A DNA stretch of 63,283 nt, filler included, from Bigelowiella natans CCMP2755 (GCA_000320545.1; 4 parts of 4 records of this genome joined end to end with filler, not necessarily neighbours in it), one strand, 5' to 3'. Numbered from the whole stretch's first letter, positions 42,666 to 52,762 are shown. Numbers and translations: made by a program. The notes: generated by a model from the letters alone, not told the origin.

Positions 42666-42669
42666 TACA

Positions 42670-44100
42670 GGAAGAAAAGCAGCATGTGTTCAACTAGATG
42701 AGCTGATGTAGCTTTAAGCACGTGCATGCAGTCATTGCCACATGCTAGCATGTGCACAGCTCTAGAGCTGTTGGCAATGAAGCTGCATGCATGTATGTTG
42801 CACGCCAACCCTGCAGCACGGATGGTGCATGCGCCACAAACAAAGCCACGCGGTCGAGTTTGGTCGCAGGCTAGCTAGCTATATAATATATATACGTATG
42901 TCTATTGTGCTAGCTAACACTTGCCGTGCATAAACTTCCCGATTGCCACAGCCAAGAGCACGCACAGATGCAGCAGGCTAGCTACTAGCAATGATGCATG
43001 CAAATTCGACAGATTGAATTCGTTATTGTTAATTTTGCTAGATTGCTAGATTGAGAAGGCAAGTTGAACTGGACATCTTCACAATCACCAGGACTGTTCA
43101 CCATTTATTTGTGATGACTGCATGTTAACATCACGACTCATGGACTCACGCATCACGCATTGCTAGTAGATCGACACACGCTCAACAACTACATGTAGCT
43201 GGCCAAACTAGCACTAGAGCAAACAAATCTGGACCTTGACGGGCGATTCAGCGACGCTGGCTAGCTCTAGAGCTGGCTAGCTAAGACAATTGATCCAGAA
43301 GCTAGCATGCAGCACATCAATCGAGTTACGCGCAATAAGATCTTGATCGAAGGCCCATTCTGAGACAAAATCTTTTGATGGCAAGAGGATTGCTTTGTCG
43401 TTTCACACTTCATGCAACACATTGCATCCAGTTAGATGATCATTGGCGCACAGTATAGCTAGCTAGCCTAGCTAGTTGCGGCGGTGCGCGTGGTGCACGT
43501 GCATGCTCGCGATGCCAAATTATCTGGCTAACAATTCTAGCTCATCATGCACAAATCAAATGAATGTGACTGTTTGTCACGTGCTAGCGTGCCAGTGGTT
43601 GTGAGGCGAGCGTAGCTAGCTAGCTAGGTAGCTAGCGAGGTAATGATCTAGTGATGCGTGTGTGAAAAGTGCCAAAGCTAGAAAGGCATGCATGACAAGC
43701 TTCACCAGCTAGCCAGTCTAGCTAATGACAGACACAGCAATACAAAAGTGATGTATTGGATGTCTATCATGCTAGCTAGACAGCTAGACAGGCGCTACAC
43801 AGCATGCATGTCGTGATCGATGTGCTCAATTTATCACTGCGTCGCATGTCTGCTCTAGCTAGCTAGTGCTAGATGTGCCACTCTAGCTAGCTAGCACTAC
43901 TACTACGACACAAGCTAGCAAGGTACGACTAGATAGACCAAAGGAGAGCGCATGACACATTTGCAGGCTTCATGAGTGGATGCGGCTACACGCACTAGTG
44001 TTATAGCGATGTTGTACACACATGATGTTACTAGATTCTCTTGTTCTGGTGAGTGAGAGAGCGAGCTTTGTTTTGCGTAAAATGCTGCAATGTGCATCAT
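42670..44100. other. GCTAGC/GCATGC/TGCA-rich intergenic tract (one of the longest of eight)
   Basis: Dense CTAG, AGCT, CATG and TGCA palindromes and (GCTA)n runs. Similar tracts at about 3100-3430, 10950-11600, 14390-15780, 24230-24750, 36930-37880, 53730-54780 and 60640-61570. Confidence 0.7.
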
Positions 44101-44590
44101 CAAGGTATCTTCATTCTACATCTAACCTTTTCTAGTTTTTTAGGTGAGAAAAAAAATCATCTTTGTTTCTGACACAATTTTGCATGAGACGCCGTAATCA
44201 TTATGTCACCACTCATCATCGATGGCTCATCATAGAATTGGCTGTATACCGCATTTTCGGATCTCACTTGCTGCCATATAATCCCTCACTGTCTACACAC
44301 TCAATATAGATATATTCGTTTATTATCATCATCACTGGATGAGCCTCAAATGGCCCAAGCACCCGTCGCTCTCCTGAATCTTCACCTTCTTCGTCGTTAA
44401 CGCGTAACGAAGGGTTTGAGTCTTGTCGTTTTTTTAAAAAAAACAACAAAAAACGGCTATCAGTGCTTCAGCATCAATAAATGCAAATCCCGGCTATAGC
44501 CGAGTCTTTCACACGTGCGTTGCGACTCGTAATTCGAATATCTCGATATTTCATGCTCAAACTTGCTCAAATCCCTACCCCCTTCTTAAC

Positions 44591-44690
44591 NNNNNNNNNN
44601 NNNNNNNNNNNNNNNNNNNNNNNNNNNNNNNNNNTTAATTAATTAANNNNNNNNNNNNNNNNNNNNNNNNNNNNNNNNNNNNNNNNNNNN
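44591..44690. other. Assembly spacer/gap
   Basis: N44-TTAATTAATTAA-N44. Confidence 0.97.
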
Positions 44691-44692
44691 AT

Positions 44693-45700
44693 CTACATTT
44701 TTTTATCTCCTTGCCTATTACTTGTAGCACTTGACCTTAATTCTTTCGCAACACTATCAATTTCTTTATCTCTAACAGATTTATCCACCTCTGCTCCTAA
44801 ACTTGCTTCTATTGTATTTGTCAAATCTATTGTAGGAATACTTACATTATATTTGCTCTTTAAATCATTGTAAAGGTCTCTTCCTGCCTGTGGGGTTTTA
44901 GGGGCATTCAACATCTTGCTACTCCCTTCAATGACGATTTTCAGTTCCTCGTCAGACTTATTTTTATTGCCTAATATGATGACACTTAGGTTCAATATCT
45001 TGAAGAAGACCATTAACTTTGATTTAGGAAAACTCTTAGCAGTCACTCTAAGTTGTTTGCCCCCAACATTACGAGTGAATGTTTTGTTCCCTTCAAAATG
45101 ATACTTCATCACTGATGCGATAAATTTAGCATATTTAACAACATCATCTTTTTTAATCGTGTTGTATTCCTTTTTTAATTGGGAATAAGCATTTCGTAAG
45201 TAGGTTAATTTTATCTCACTATAATCACCTTCCTCAAATAAATCAACGACTTGGTTAAGCATCTTTACATAAACACTCTCGCCTTTGAAGATGCTTTCCT
45301 TTTCAGTAGCAGGTTTCTCTTCATCTTCTTTCACCACAGATAAACCCTGTTTAAGAGCATCCCTTTCAGCAAAAAACTGCCTCTTATTTTCAAGCATATT
45401 TTTGAAAATGTTGTTGTAGTACCTACCTGAACCTCTTTTAGTAGTAGCATAAGCACTATTGCTATCAATAGGCATCGCCGAATGTAAAGATTGGATGTGT
45501 AATCTGTTGAATGCTCCTGTTGGTGTATCCGGAGGAAGGATATTGGGTAGTGATTTACCATTTATGTATTCATTCATTTTCTTCTTATTGTAATCAATAG
45601 ACTGCTTTGCCCTCTGTAAGATGAATCTTCGTGTGTTATCAAAGAAGGGGATTCGTCTTTTCTCGTCGTGTCCTTTTATCATAGCATTATTTTTTTTCAT
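44693..45700 (-). CDS. Virophage hypothetical protein (335 aa)
   Basis: Intact intronless Lys-rich ORF preceded by the TCTA-N13-ATG motif. Confidence 0.75.
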   Translation of the reverse strand: MKKNNAMIKGHDEKRRIPFFDNTRRFILQRAKQSIDYNKKKMNEYINGKSLPNILPPDTPTGAFNRLHIQSLHSAMPIDSNSAYATTKRGSGRYYNNIFKNMLENKRQFFAERDALKQGLSVVKEDEEKPATEKESIFKGESVYVKMLNQVVDLFEEGDYSEIKLTYLRNAYSQLKKEYNTIKKDDVVKYAKFIASVMKYHFEGNKTFTRNVGGKQLRVTAKSFPKSKLMVFFKILNLSVIILGNKNKSDEELKIVIEGSSKMLNAPKTPQAGRDLYNDLKSKYNVSIPTIDLTNTIEASLGAEVDKSVRDKEIDSVAKELRSSATSNRQGDKKM

Positions 45701-45720
45701 ATATATATATGTTTAGATAA

Positions 45721-46284
45721 TTATTTATTTAAAATTTCATTTGTATATAAAACACTCAATTCTAATGAATTGATACAGGTTTTATTTTTTATATGTTTTA
45801 AAATCCTATCAAACTCTTTGAGGTTGTATTTTGAAAAAGCGAACCTTAAGAGAACCCATCTTCCGCAGGTAGCATTGCTTTTATCGGTCCTGTTTTGGTA
45901 TATTTTCTTATTAAATATAGGTTTGTATCCGCTTTTCTTAATGAGGTTTAACAACACATCAGGCGAGACATTCATTTGGGAGTTTAGGTGCTTGTTAATA
46001 TTCTTAAAAGGAAATCCATAACTATCAAAAATTTCTATCGTGTGCTGTTTCCGTATTAAACCCAACCAGTGTCCTGAATTCTCCTCATTCAACCACAACA
46101 AGACACCGATATTACCATTGAATAGTTGGTCGGCAAATCGCAATTTCGGTAAGTCGGCAGATGTAGTTATCCTGATGTTAGGGTGAGCATTTGTTAAATC
46201 ATAATTGGAAAGAGGGTAGGATTTTAGACTGCTGACAAGGTTGTCTAAACTTTTATGGAAATCTACATTCTTACATAAATTCAT
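45721..46284 (-). CDS. Virophage maturation cysteine protease (adenain/Ulp1-like clan CE)
   Basis: Catalytic H (SGHWLGL), D (EIFDSYG), oxyanion Q (IYQ) and C (ATCGRW) in adenain order; 187 aa. Confidence 0.9.
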   Translation of the reverse strand: MNLCKNVDFHKSLDNLVSSLKSYPLSNYDLTNAHPNIRITTSADLPKLRFADQLFNGNIGVLLWLNEENSGHWLGLIRKQHTIEIFDSYGFPFKNINKHLNSQMNVSPDVLLNLIKKSGYKPIFNKKIYQNRTDKSNATCGRWVLLRFAFSKYNLKEFDRILKHIKNKTCINSLELSVLYTNEILNK

Positions 46285-46291
46285 ATATATA

Positions 46292-47059
46292 TTATTTGAG
46301 ATTTATAATTTTAGAGATAATCTTTTTGTATTTACACTTACATTTCTTTTTCTTTTTACATCCGCCTTCTACATAGTCGTTCCGTAATATCGTTGGGTTT
46401 CCATCCTCGTAATTATATAGTTTCCTAAAAGCAGGTTGGTCTAAACTGTGTGCTTTTATCATTGTCGGTGTAGGGTCTACTCTTCTTTTTATCCAATTAA
46501 AGAAACCTCTAACTTGCTCAGGATTGTATTTCAACACCTTCAACCTATCATATCTGTATCCGTTGTTAAGTCTATATAAAAAGTCTTTGTTTATGTATAT
46601 TCTCTTCACCTTATCGTTATTCTGTATCTTTATGTCTTGGGGTTGAGATGCTCCATTGAAGGTTGTAGCATATTTAATAAAAGGATACCTCCTTATAAAT
46701 TCATTCACTATCGCTCCACCCAAAGAATGACCTGTTATGAAATACAGATATTGATTGGGTTTATATTGCTTTATTATTTCGTCCATTCTCTTTATGTCAG
46801 TTTTAAATCTATTACTTGCTTGTAGATTGTTCCAAGCAATCTTGTAATCCGCATACAAATCACCCATACTTGTAGGTACAGTGCCTCTAATTGTTATTAA
46901 TATGACTTTGAGTTTCTCGTCTATATATACATCAAAAGTATCACTATCATATTTTAATTTTAGGTTTTCGTTTATGTCTGTAGGTGTTTGTTGATAGGAA
47001 TTCACAGAACCTATGTAATAATCTTTCTCATCAATGACATCTTTAAATTTTTTCACCAT
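46292..47059 (-). CDS. Alpha/beta hydrolase, lipase class 3-like
   Basis: ILITIRGT lid motif, ITGHSLGG nucleophile elbow, TTFN, KDFL, and C-terminal His (AHSL). Confidence 0.88.
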   Translation of the reverse strand: MVKKFKDVIDEKDYYIGSVNSYQQTPTDINENLKLKYDSDTFDVYIDEKLKVILITIRGTVPTSMGDLYADYKIAWNNLQASNRFKTDIKRMDEIIKQYKPNQYLYFITGHSLGGAIVNEFIRRYPFIKYATTFNGASQPQDIKIQNNDKVKRIYINKDFLYRLNNGYRYDRLKVLKYNPEQVRGFFNWIKRRVDPTPTMIKAHSLDQPAFRKLYNYEDGNPTILRNDYVEGGCKKKKKCKCKYKKIISKIINLK

Positions 47060-47121
47060 ATTAATTATTATATAGAAAATTTTATTGAGAAAAAATAATA
47101 TCTAATGATTTATATATATAT

Positions 47122-47770
47122 ATGTCACAGAATGCTGATAAATCACGAGCATCAGAGTTAGGATTACACTATGCTAAGAACATTATGGAAATGGATGACG
47201 AAGTTAAACAACTAAAGAATTTAATGGGTGCTGGATTTTGGAAAGACTTTCACAAAGGTTTTAAGCAGGGGTTTTCAATACCGATGAAAGTGGGTAAAAA
47301 ATTACTACCTGAGATAGCAGATGTCCTGGATGTAGCGAATGAAGTCGTCCAAGCATCTGGAGTAAAACACAAAAAGAAGAAGAAGAAAAAGATTAATGTG
47401 AAGGCACTCATTCAAAAAGTCAAAGGAAAAGGATACCACTATGGAGGTGCTGACAACAATAAAGACGATTGGGTAGTGGTAGACAAACCTCCAAAAGAAC
47501 TATTTCAGTGGGTAGAAAGCAACAAAGAATTTAAGAAAAGGATAATGGATAGGGTAAATAAAAAGTTGAAAAGTAGCAAAGGGAATAAGAAAAAGCAATA
47601 TCATCCAATGTGATAAAGGATTGAAGATTGTTAAGTCCAGGGTCAAATCCACAAATCCAAACGACAGAAGAAAACGAAGGGGTGCTTTGATTAAAAAATT
47701 GATGAAAGATAAGGGACTGAAGTTTATTGAAGCATCACAATACATAAAAAAAAACAATTTAAAATATTAA
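47122..47770 (+). CDS. Basic virion core-like protein split by a +1 frameshift (ORF 47122-47613 plus frame 47570-47770)
   Basis: The first frame has Gly motifs (LMGAGF, HYGGA) and a poly-Lys run. The +1 frame is open from 47570 to TAA 47770 and ends RRKRRGALIKKLMKDKGLKFIEASQYIKKNNLKY, which I recall as a conserved virophage C-terminal motif. Confidence 0.65.
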
Positions 47771-47778
47771 AAAAATTA

Positions 47779-47782
47779 TCTA
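47779..47782 (+). promoter_or_regulatory. Putative viral late promoter core TCTA (example copy, 13 nt before the penton ATG)
   Basis: TCT[A/C] in AT-rich context also occurs at 45714-45717(-), 46298-46301(-), 47073-47076(-) and 49099-49102(+), all 13 nt from the ATG, and at 47101-47104(+), 17 nt from the ATG. Confidence 0.75.
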
Positions 47783-47795
47783 AATTTTATTAATA

Positions 47796-49085
47796 ATGAA
47801 TAGTTATGTATTTGCTATGAACAATTTTAACAAGGAGCATCAAGACCACCTTTATTACAATTTGGATATTGTGAATAACGAGACCATAGACAGCAATAAG
47901 GATAATCCTGTGGTAAGTTATACAGACACCCTATCAAAGGCATTATTAGACGATGTCAGCAGTTGGTATTTCTCAATCATTCGGTTTCAATTAAATGGTG
48001 TAGGTAGAGAAATCCCTATATTCATACCTGAAATTGAGCGAGACCAGACCGATGCGAATAAGACCATTTACAAGATTACTCTGTTCTACCACTTTATTCA
48101 AAATGGGATACACCACAAAAAGTCTCAGACCGAAACTGTCTATTTTGAAACCCAGAACAAAAACACCAGTCCACCCACAACTGTAGGGAAGCAGATGGAT
48201 TTATCTACTAATTATTACTATGTCTCTACCTATAGTCATATAGCACACTTGATAAATAAAACTCTCAAACGATGTCACGAGAACCTGATTGCTAAATGTA
48301 AAGCAGAAGTACCAGGTCTTCTTTCTGATGAAATAACACATTTAGACAATCTCAAAGCACCTATACTTTATTATGAAGAAAGTTCGCAGTTATTTAAACT
48401 TTATTTAGACAAGGATATACACGGAAAGAAAAACAACAGGTTCAACAATACCATTTTTGATGTGAAAGGTAGATTGTTTTTTAACAGCAACCTCTTCTTA
48501 CTCTTCAGCAATTTTCATCACAACTATATTGGAGGCGACCTTAGAAACACTATAGAATATAACAGAGGCACGATTACTGATATAGTAGAAAATATGTCTA
48601 TACCAGGATGTGCCTACGATATTCTACCAATTGAGGATGATTTAGACATTCATTCACTCACCAAAGGAAATAAAACATATAGTATTTTATCCCAAGACTA
48701 TGAGAGTGTGAGCAGTTTATGGTGTCCAGTCAGTGCGATTGTATTTACTACCAATATCATTCCCATTGAGAGTGAAATCACAGGAACACCTTTAGAATTC
48801 GTAGACAAACAGCAAGTAAGCGATAGTAGGCAAGATACCTCCCAAAAGGTTATTAGTGATATGACAGTAGGTATTAGTAGTGCCGATGATTACAGCGGAA
48901 CGATTACCTATGTCCCAAGCGGTGAATACAGATATATTAACTTTACCTCTGCGAACATCCCCTTAAAAAGTATACAGATTTCGGCATTTTGGAAGCATCG
49001 GTTGACAGGTGATTTAGTCCCTATACGAATGCCTAACAAAAGTAGCATCCATCTAAAACTAATGTTTCAACGAAAGCAAAAATAG
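47796..49085 (+). CDS. Virophage minor capsid (penton) protein
   Basis: DHLYYNLDIVN, YFSIIRFQL..IPIFIP, QDYESVSSLWCPVSAIVFTTNIIPI, YVPSGEYRYI, FWKHRLTGDL and KLMFQRK are typical virophage mCP motifs. Lies directly upstream of MCP. Confidence 0.88.
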   Translation: MNSYVFAMNNFNKEHQDHLYYNLDIVNNETIDSNKDNPVVSYTDTLSKALLDDVSSWYFSIIRFQLNGVGREIPIFIPEIERDQTDANKTIYKITLFYHFIQNGIHHKKSQTETVYFETQNKNTSPPTTVGKQMDLSTNYYYVSTYSHIAHLINKTLKRCHENLIAKCKAEVPGLLSDEITHLDNLKAPILYYEESSQLFKLYLDKDIHGKKNNRFNNTIFDVKGRLFFNSNLFLLFSNFHHNYIGGDLRNTIEYNRGTITDIVENMSIPGCAYDILPIEDDLDIHSLTKGNKTYSILSQDYESVSSLWCPVSAIVFTTNIIPIESEITGTPLEFVDKQQVSDSRQDTSQKVISDMTVGISSADDYSGTITYVPSGEYRYINFTSANIPLKSIQISAFWKHRLTGDLVPIRMPNKSSIHLKLMFQRKQK

Positions 49086-49115
49086 TTTAAATTTTTTTTC
49101 TCGGTGTAATTATAT

Positions 49116-49758
49116 ATGAATTTAAGTAAGAAAGCAGTTTATGATGCTAGAACAGTTCAGTTACCACCTGAATACAAAATCTCTAAGAGTTCTATGTCAG
49201 TGAATAACAAACAGATTAAATCTTTATCCGCAAGTGCGAGTAATCAAAACTATAACATTACCATACCTTCTTTAAATGTCTTCGTTGACCGAAAGATAAA
49301 CTGGACCTCCGAGGTCACCCTTTTAGTCACCTTAAATAGAGGTGATTTTAAGACTACTGTTGATTTTGGTGTGGATGGAAACCCTGCTGCCGGTGCTAAA
49401 ATCGCAACCTTAAGTGAAATCTTATCCTTAAACAACTTCCCTTTACACAGAATGGTTTCCACAATGAGTTTACAAATCAACGATACAGTATCTACGACCA
49501 ATTTAGACCAATCCATTAACGAGCAGTTGCTTCTAATGACTACTGACCCAAAATATGATAGTAGCAGTGCGATTTGCCCTTCCTATTTATCACCTTATGG
49601 AAAATATAGCGAAGGCAAAGGAGCATTCAATAATAGTATTACTGGGTTCTTTGACGGCGATAAATTCTACCACAAGAATGGAGCACATTTTGATGTGAAC
49701 TTTGTAGATGAAAATGGCAATGTTTTAGCGGACAACTTTAATGGAAATGTGAACATAG
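49116..49758 (+). CDS. Virophage major capsid protein, N-terminal part (truncated by gap)
   Basis: SASNQNYNITIPSLNVFVDRKINW and FPLHRMVSTMSLQIND match the N-terminal motifs of Sputnik/YSLV-type MCPs. Follows the penton gene. Confidence 0.85.
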
Positions 49759-49858
49759 NNNNNNNNNNNNNNNNNNNNNNNNNNNNNNNNNNNNNNNNNN
49801 NNTTAATTAATTAANNNNNNNNNNNNNNNNNNNNNNNNNNNNNNNNNNNNNNNNNNNN
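49759..49858. other. Assembly spacer/gap
   Basis: N44-TTAATTAATTAA-N44. Confidence 0.97.
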
Positions 49859-49903
49859 TACGTCTGCACATAGATGAGATTGACTGACGCATACACATGC
49901 GCA

Positions 49904-51687
49904 GGAGGAGGAGGAGGGGTTAGAGCTGCGAGCACATGAGGGAGGTGCAATCCCTTCAAGATTGCAGAATCCTCCTCCTCCTCCTCCTTCTTCGTCTGGA
50001 TGAACCGCAGTGCTGCGATGGTGCTGCTTCTGATCACCGTAATGGCCGTGCGGGGTGATGGCGTCCAAACCGCCTAATAGAGGTTAGGAAATGTAACATC
50101 TATTAGAGAAAATGGGGATAGTCAGAAGAAGAAAAAGAAGAAGGAGGAGAAGGAGAAAGAAGAAAGAAAGAAAAACAAGAGTAACGTGAATCATGTACGG
50201 GCACTACGGTGCGCTGTTGCGCGCGTGCGCATGTGTATGCGTCAGTCAATCTCATCTATGTGCAGACGTAAACGTCGCGAACAATCCTTCCCAGCACCAC
50301 TCAATTTCGACACGTTATCTGCTGCAGAAGCATGCCCGCCTCCCTTCAGCATTACCAACGCCGTCGCCATCTTTGGCAAGCTGGGATGATGGCGCTTCTT
50401 CGTTGATGAGGCACTCTCGGAGCTGCTGATGATGCTCGGCTTCCTGCTGGCGATGTTGAGTCTCGTGCTGCCCCGAAAGGCGTTCTGACCACCAGACGAC
50501 TATCAAAACATAGCCGCCATACACGACGAGGAGAGCCAATGCTTCCCAGAGGTATATGGTGCCATCGACCGAAATCGCGAGGATTGCCGTCGTTGCGACG
50601 AAGTAGGCGATCAAGTCCCGGGAAAATGACTTGGAGCTCACTTCGACGTGCGATATTGTCTGCGACTGAGGAAGATGGTGACAATAAGAATCGTGTAGCT
50701 CTGGGACCTCTTCTCTTCCTTCTTTGGACTCTTTATCATCGCCGTTTTCCCCCTCCAGCTGTTGTGATTTGAGGAGTACCATTTCAGTAGTAATGTGGAT
50801 GCTTTCCCCTCCAATGCTAATTGCTTTCGGCTTTAAGCTCTTCCTCTTGCTCCCTTCGCTTCCCTTTTCGAGTGATTACAAGTGATGTTTGCGAGTGTGC
50901 GTCATGAACTCTAATGTGCACGCACAGGATTCTGCTAAATAGAAGCATCGATGCATGTGTTGTAGCGAGTGAGAGAGAGAAGGGGAGGAAGGGAGGAAAT
51001 GAAATCGTTAGGTATTCATAAGTTCGTTAATTCCTACCCTTTCTGTCGTACTAGGTAAGATTCCACCCACTTCATCACCATATTCTTCTTCCTTACTCTC
51101 CAGAGGCTGGTACTGAGAGCCTGCCCCTCGTTGTGATGATGATGGCCTCTGTTGTTGTCCCGCGCTCAGCAATACGGCCCCCAACACAACGGTGCTAATG
51201 AATGTCGAGGCACCCAATAGGGATCCGACTGCCAATCCGAAGTCGTTCGCCCCAGATATACCTGCAAGCGCGGTGAATACATCGGGGGCGCCATTCCCTA
51301 ATGCTAGTAGTGTGATCCCAGCCACCTTTTTTGTTAGAGGTATTTATCCGAATGTTTCGGCATCATTCAGTAATGGAAAACAAAATAATGAAAGATGTGG
51401 AAATCACAATTTAATACGATGGGTACCTCGGGTCGGAGGCGGAGATACTCGCTCATCCACTCCAGCTGCGGGACGAAATGGCGCTCCGCGGTGCTTGCAA
51501 GGAGACTGATCAGAAGAAACCCCCATGGGATGTATGCGCACAGCAATGAAATTCGCTCAATCCCTCCATGGGCATTGTCATATGCGAAAGCGTATGGAAG
51601 AAGGTTGGCTTCAGACATTACCCTCTCTTCGAACGCAGAGGGGTTCCCGTTTGATTTGGGTTTTGAGTCACAATTATTTTGGGTCAA
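49904..51687 (-). CDS. Cation/Ca2+ exchanger (CCX/NCLX family), 5' part
   Basis: LASTAERHFVPQLEWMSEYLRL, alpha-1 repeat AGITLLALGNGAPDVF, GSLLGASTFISTVVLG, FSRDLIAYFVA, and GTIYLWEALALLVVYGGYV. Truncated by the gap. Confidence 0.88.
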
Positions 51688-52706
51688 AAAATATTAGGTA
51701 TTGTGAGGATGATAGAATTACGCTGATATCGTAAAGAATCCAAAAAATTACGTCGATATTTGCTCTGTGGATCTTGACAAGCTTTTTTGACGGGAAAACA
51801 ACGGCATTTTTACCACAGCACTTTCCGAACCCAACCCGCTCACAAGCATTTGTTGCCTGTGTTGTTACATGAAAGCCAATCCTTCCAGTGTTCGAATCCT
51901 CTACAATGGAGATCGCAAGTAGATTTTACCGACGACATGAAATTGAGTGTGACGCAGTCACAATAACTGATTGTATTTTCCTCTGTACTACGAGTATCAG
52001 ATTTGAAACTACGCGAAACCGAAAACCAGGCTCGGCAGAAGATTTCGGAAGAAAACCCGTAATTTTTCCATTTTCATTGTCGTAGGTGGAAATTATCCTG
52101 CGTTTGTACGTCGCATCATATCTTTGTCTCAGGTAATGTCTTATTGTGTTTCGTATACGGCACTCGTCGTGTACGAACTCATTCATCTACGGACGGCTGG
52201 CGGTGTACGGGCGGATTTGGAACAGGCCATCCCACTCTTTAGGTGACACGAGTCTAGCCCCTAACTGGCAGTTTGCCAAAAATATGAATTTTTTGGGGAA
52301 GATGTTGGAATGCTGTGCGATGTATGTGTAGGGGGAACGCGGCAAATGAAACATTTTGAGTGAGCTTTAACAGCTGCAACCCAATTTCTTTTGTGGTGTT
52401 TTGATACGGAACTTCTTTCCGGCCTTATTCTATCTTGCATAAAGCAAGCTTGTGCTTGGCTCAAAATATCTACTCTGTTCCGCCCCCTAGGTGTCGGGTT
52501 CAAAGATCTCATCTCGCGACCAACACAGGGCAGGCACGCAAACTCCAAAATATCGAGACGAGTTGCCTTTGCGTGGAAGGGGATTTGTGGAGCATCCAGG
52601 ACTAGGGGGGGACACACTAGAGGGGGAGAAAGTTCCTCCTCAGCCTTCTCCTCTCGACGTCGCGGCAAGAGACGTGTAAGCATAAAATGCTTCGAGCGGA
52701 TAGGAA

Positions 52707-52762
52707 TGGAGGAGGAGGAGGAGGAGGAGGAGGAGGAGGAGGAGGAGGAGGAGGAGGAGGAG
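52707..52762. repeat. (GGA)n microsatellite; representative of many (AG)n, (AT)n, (AC)n, (CAT)n and (CTT)n tracts, mostly intronic
   Basis: Directly visible. Confidence 0.9.

Larger units (their letters stand above)
44691..49758. mobile_element. Virophage (Lavidaviridae-like) genome fragment, putatively endogenous; virion morphogenesis module
   Basis: Abrupt switch to AT-rich, intronless, densely packed ORFs encoding a maturation protease, lipase, penton and MCP, with a shared upstream motif. Both ends are assembly gaps. Confidence 0.9.

Noticed and set aside
44100-44590. Continuation of the CCX exchanger gene on the far side of the virophage, which would prove insertion into the gene
   Set aside because: Minus-strand readings here are hydrophilic and show no alpha-2 repeat or TM segments. 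Probably the 3' end of another gene.
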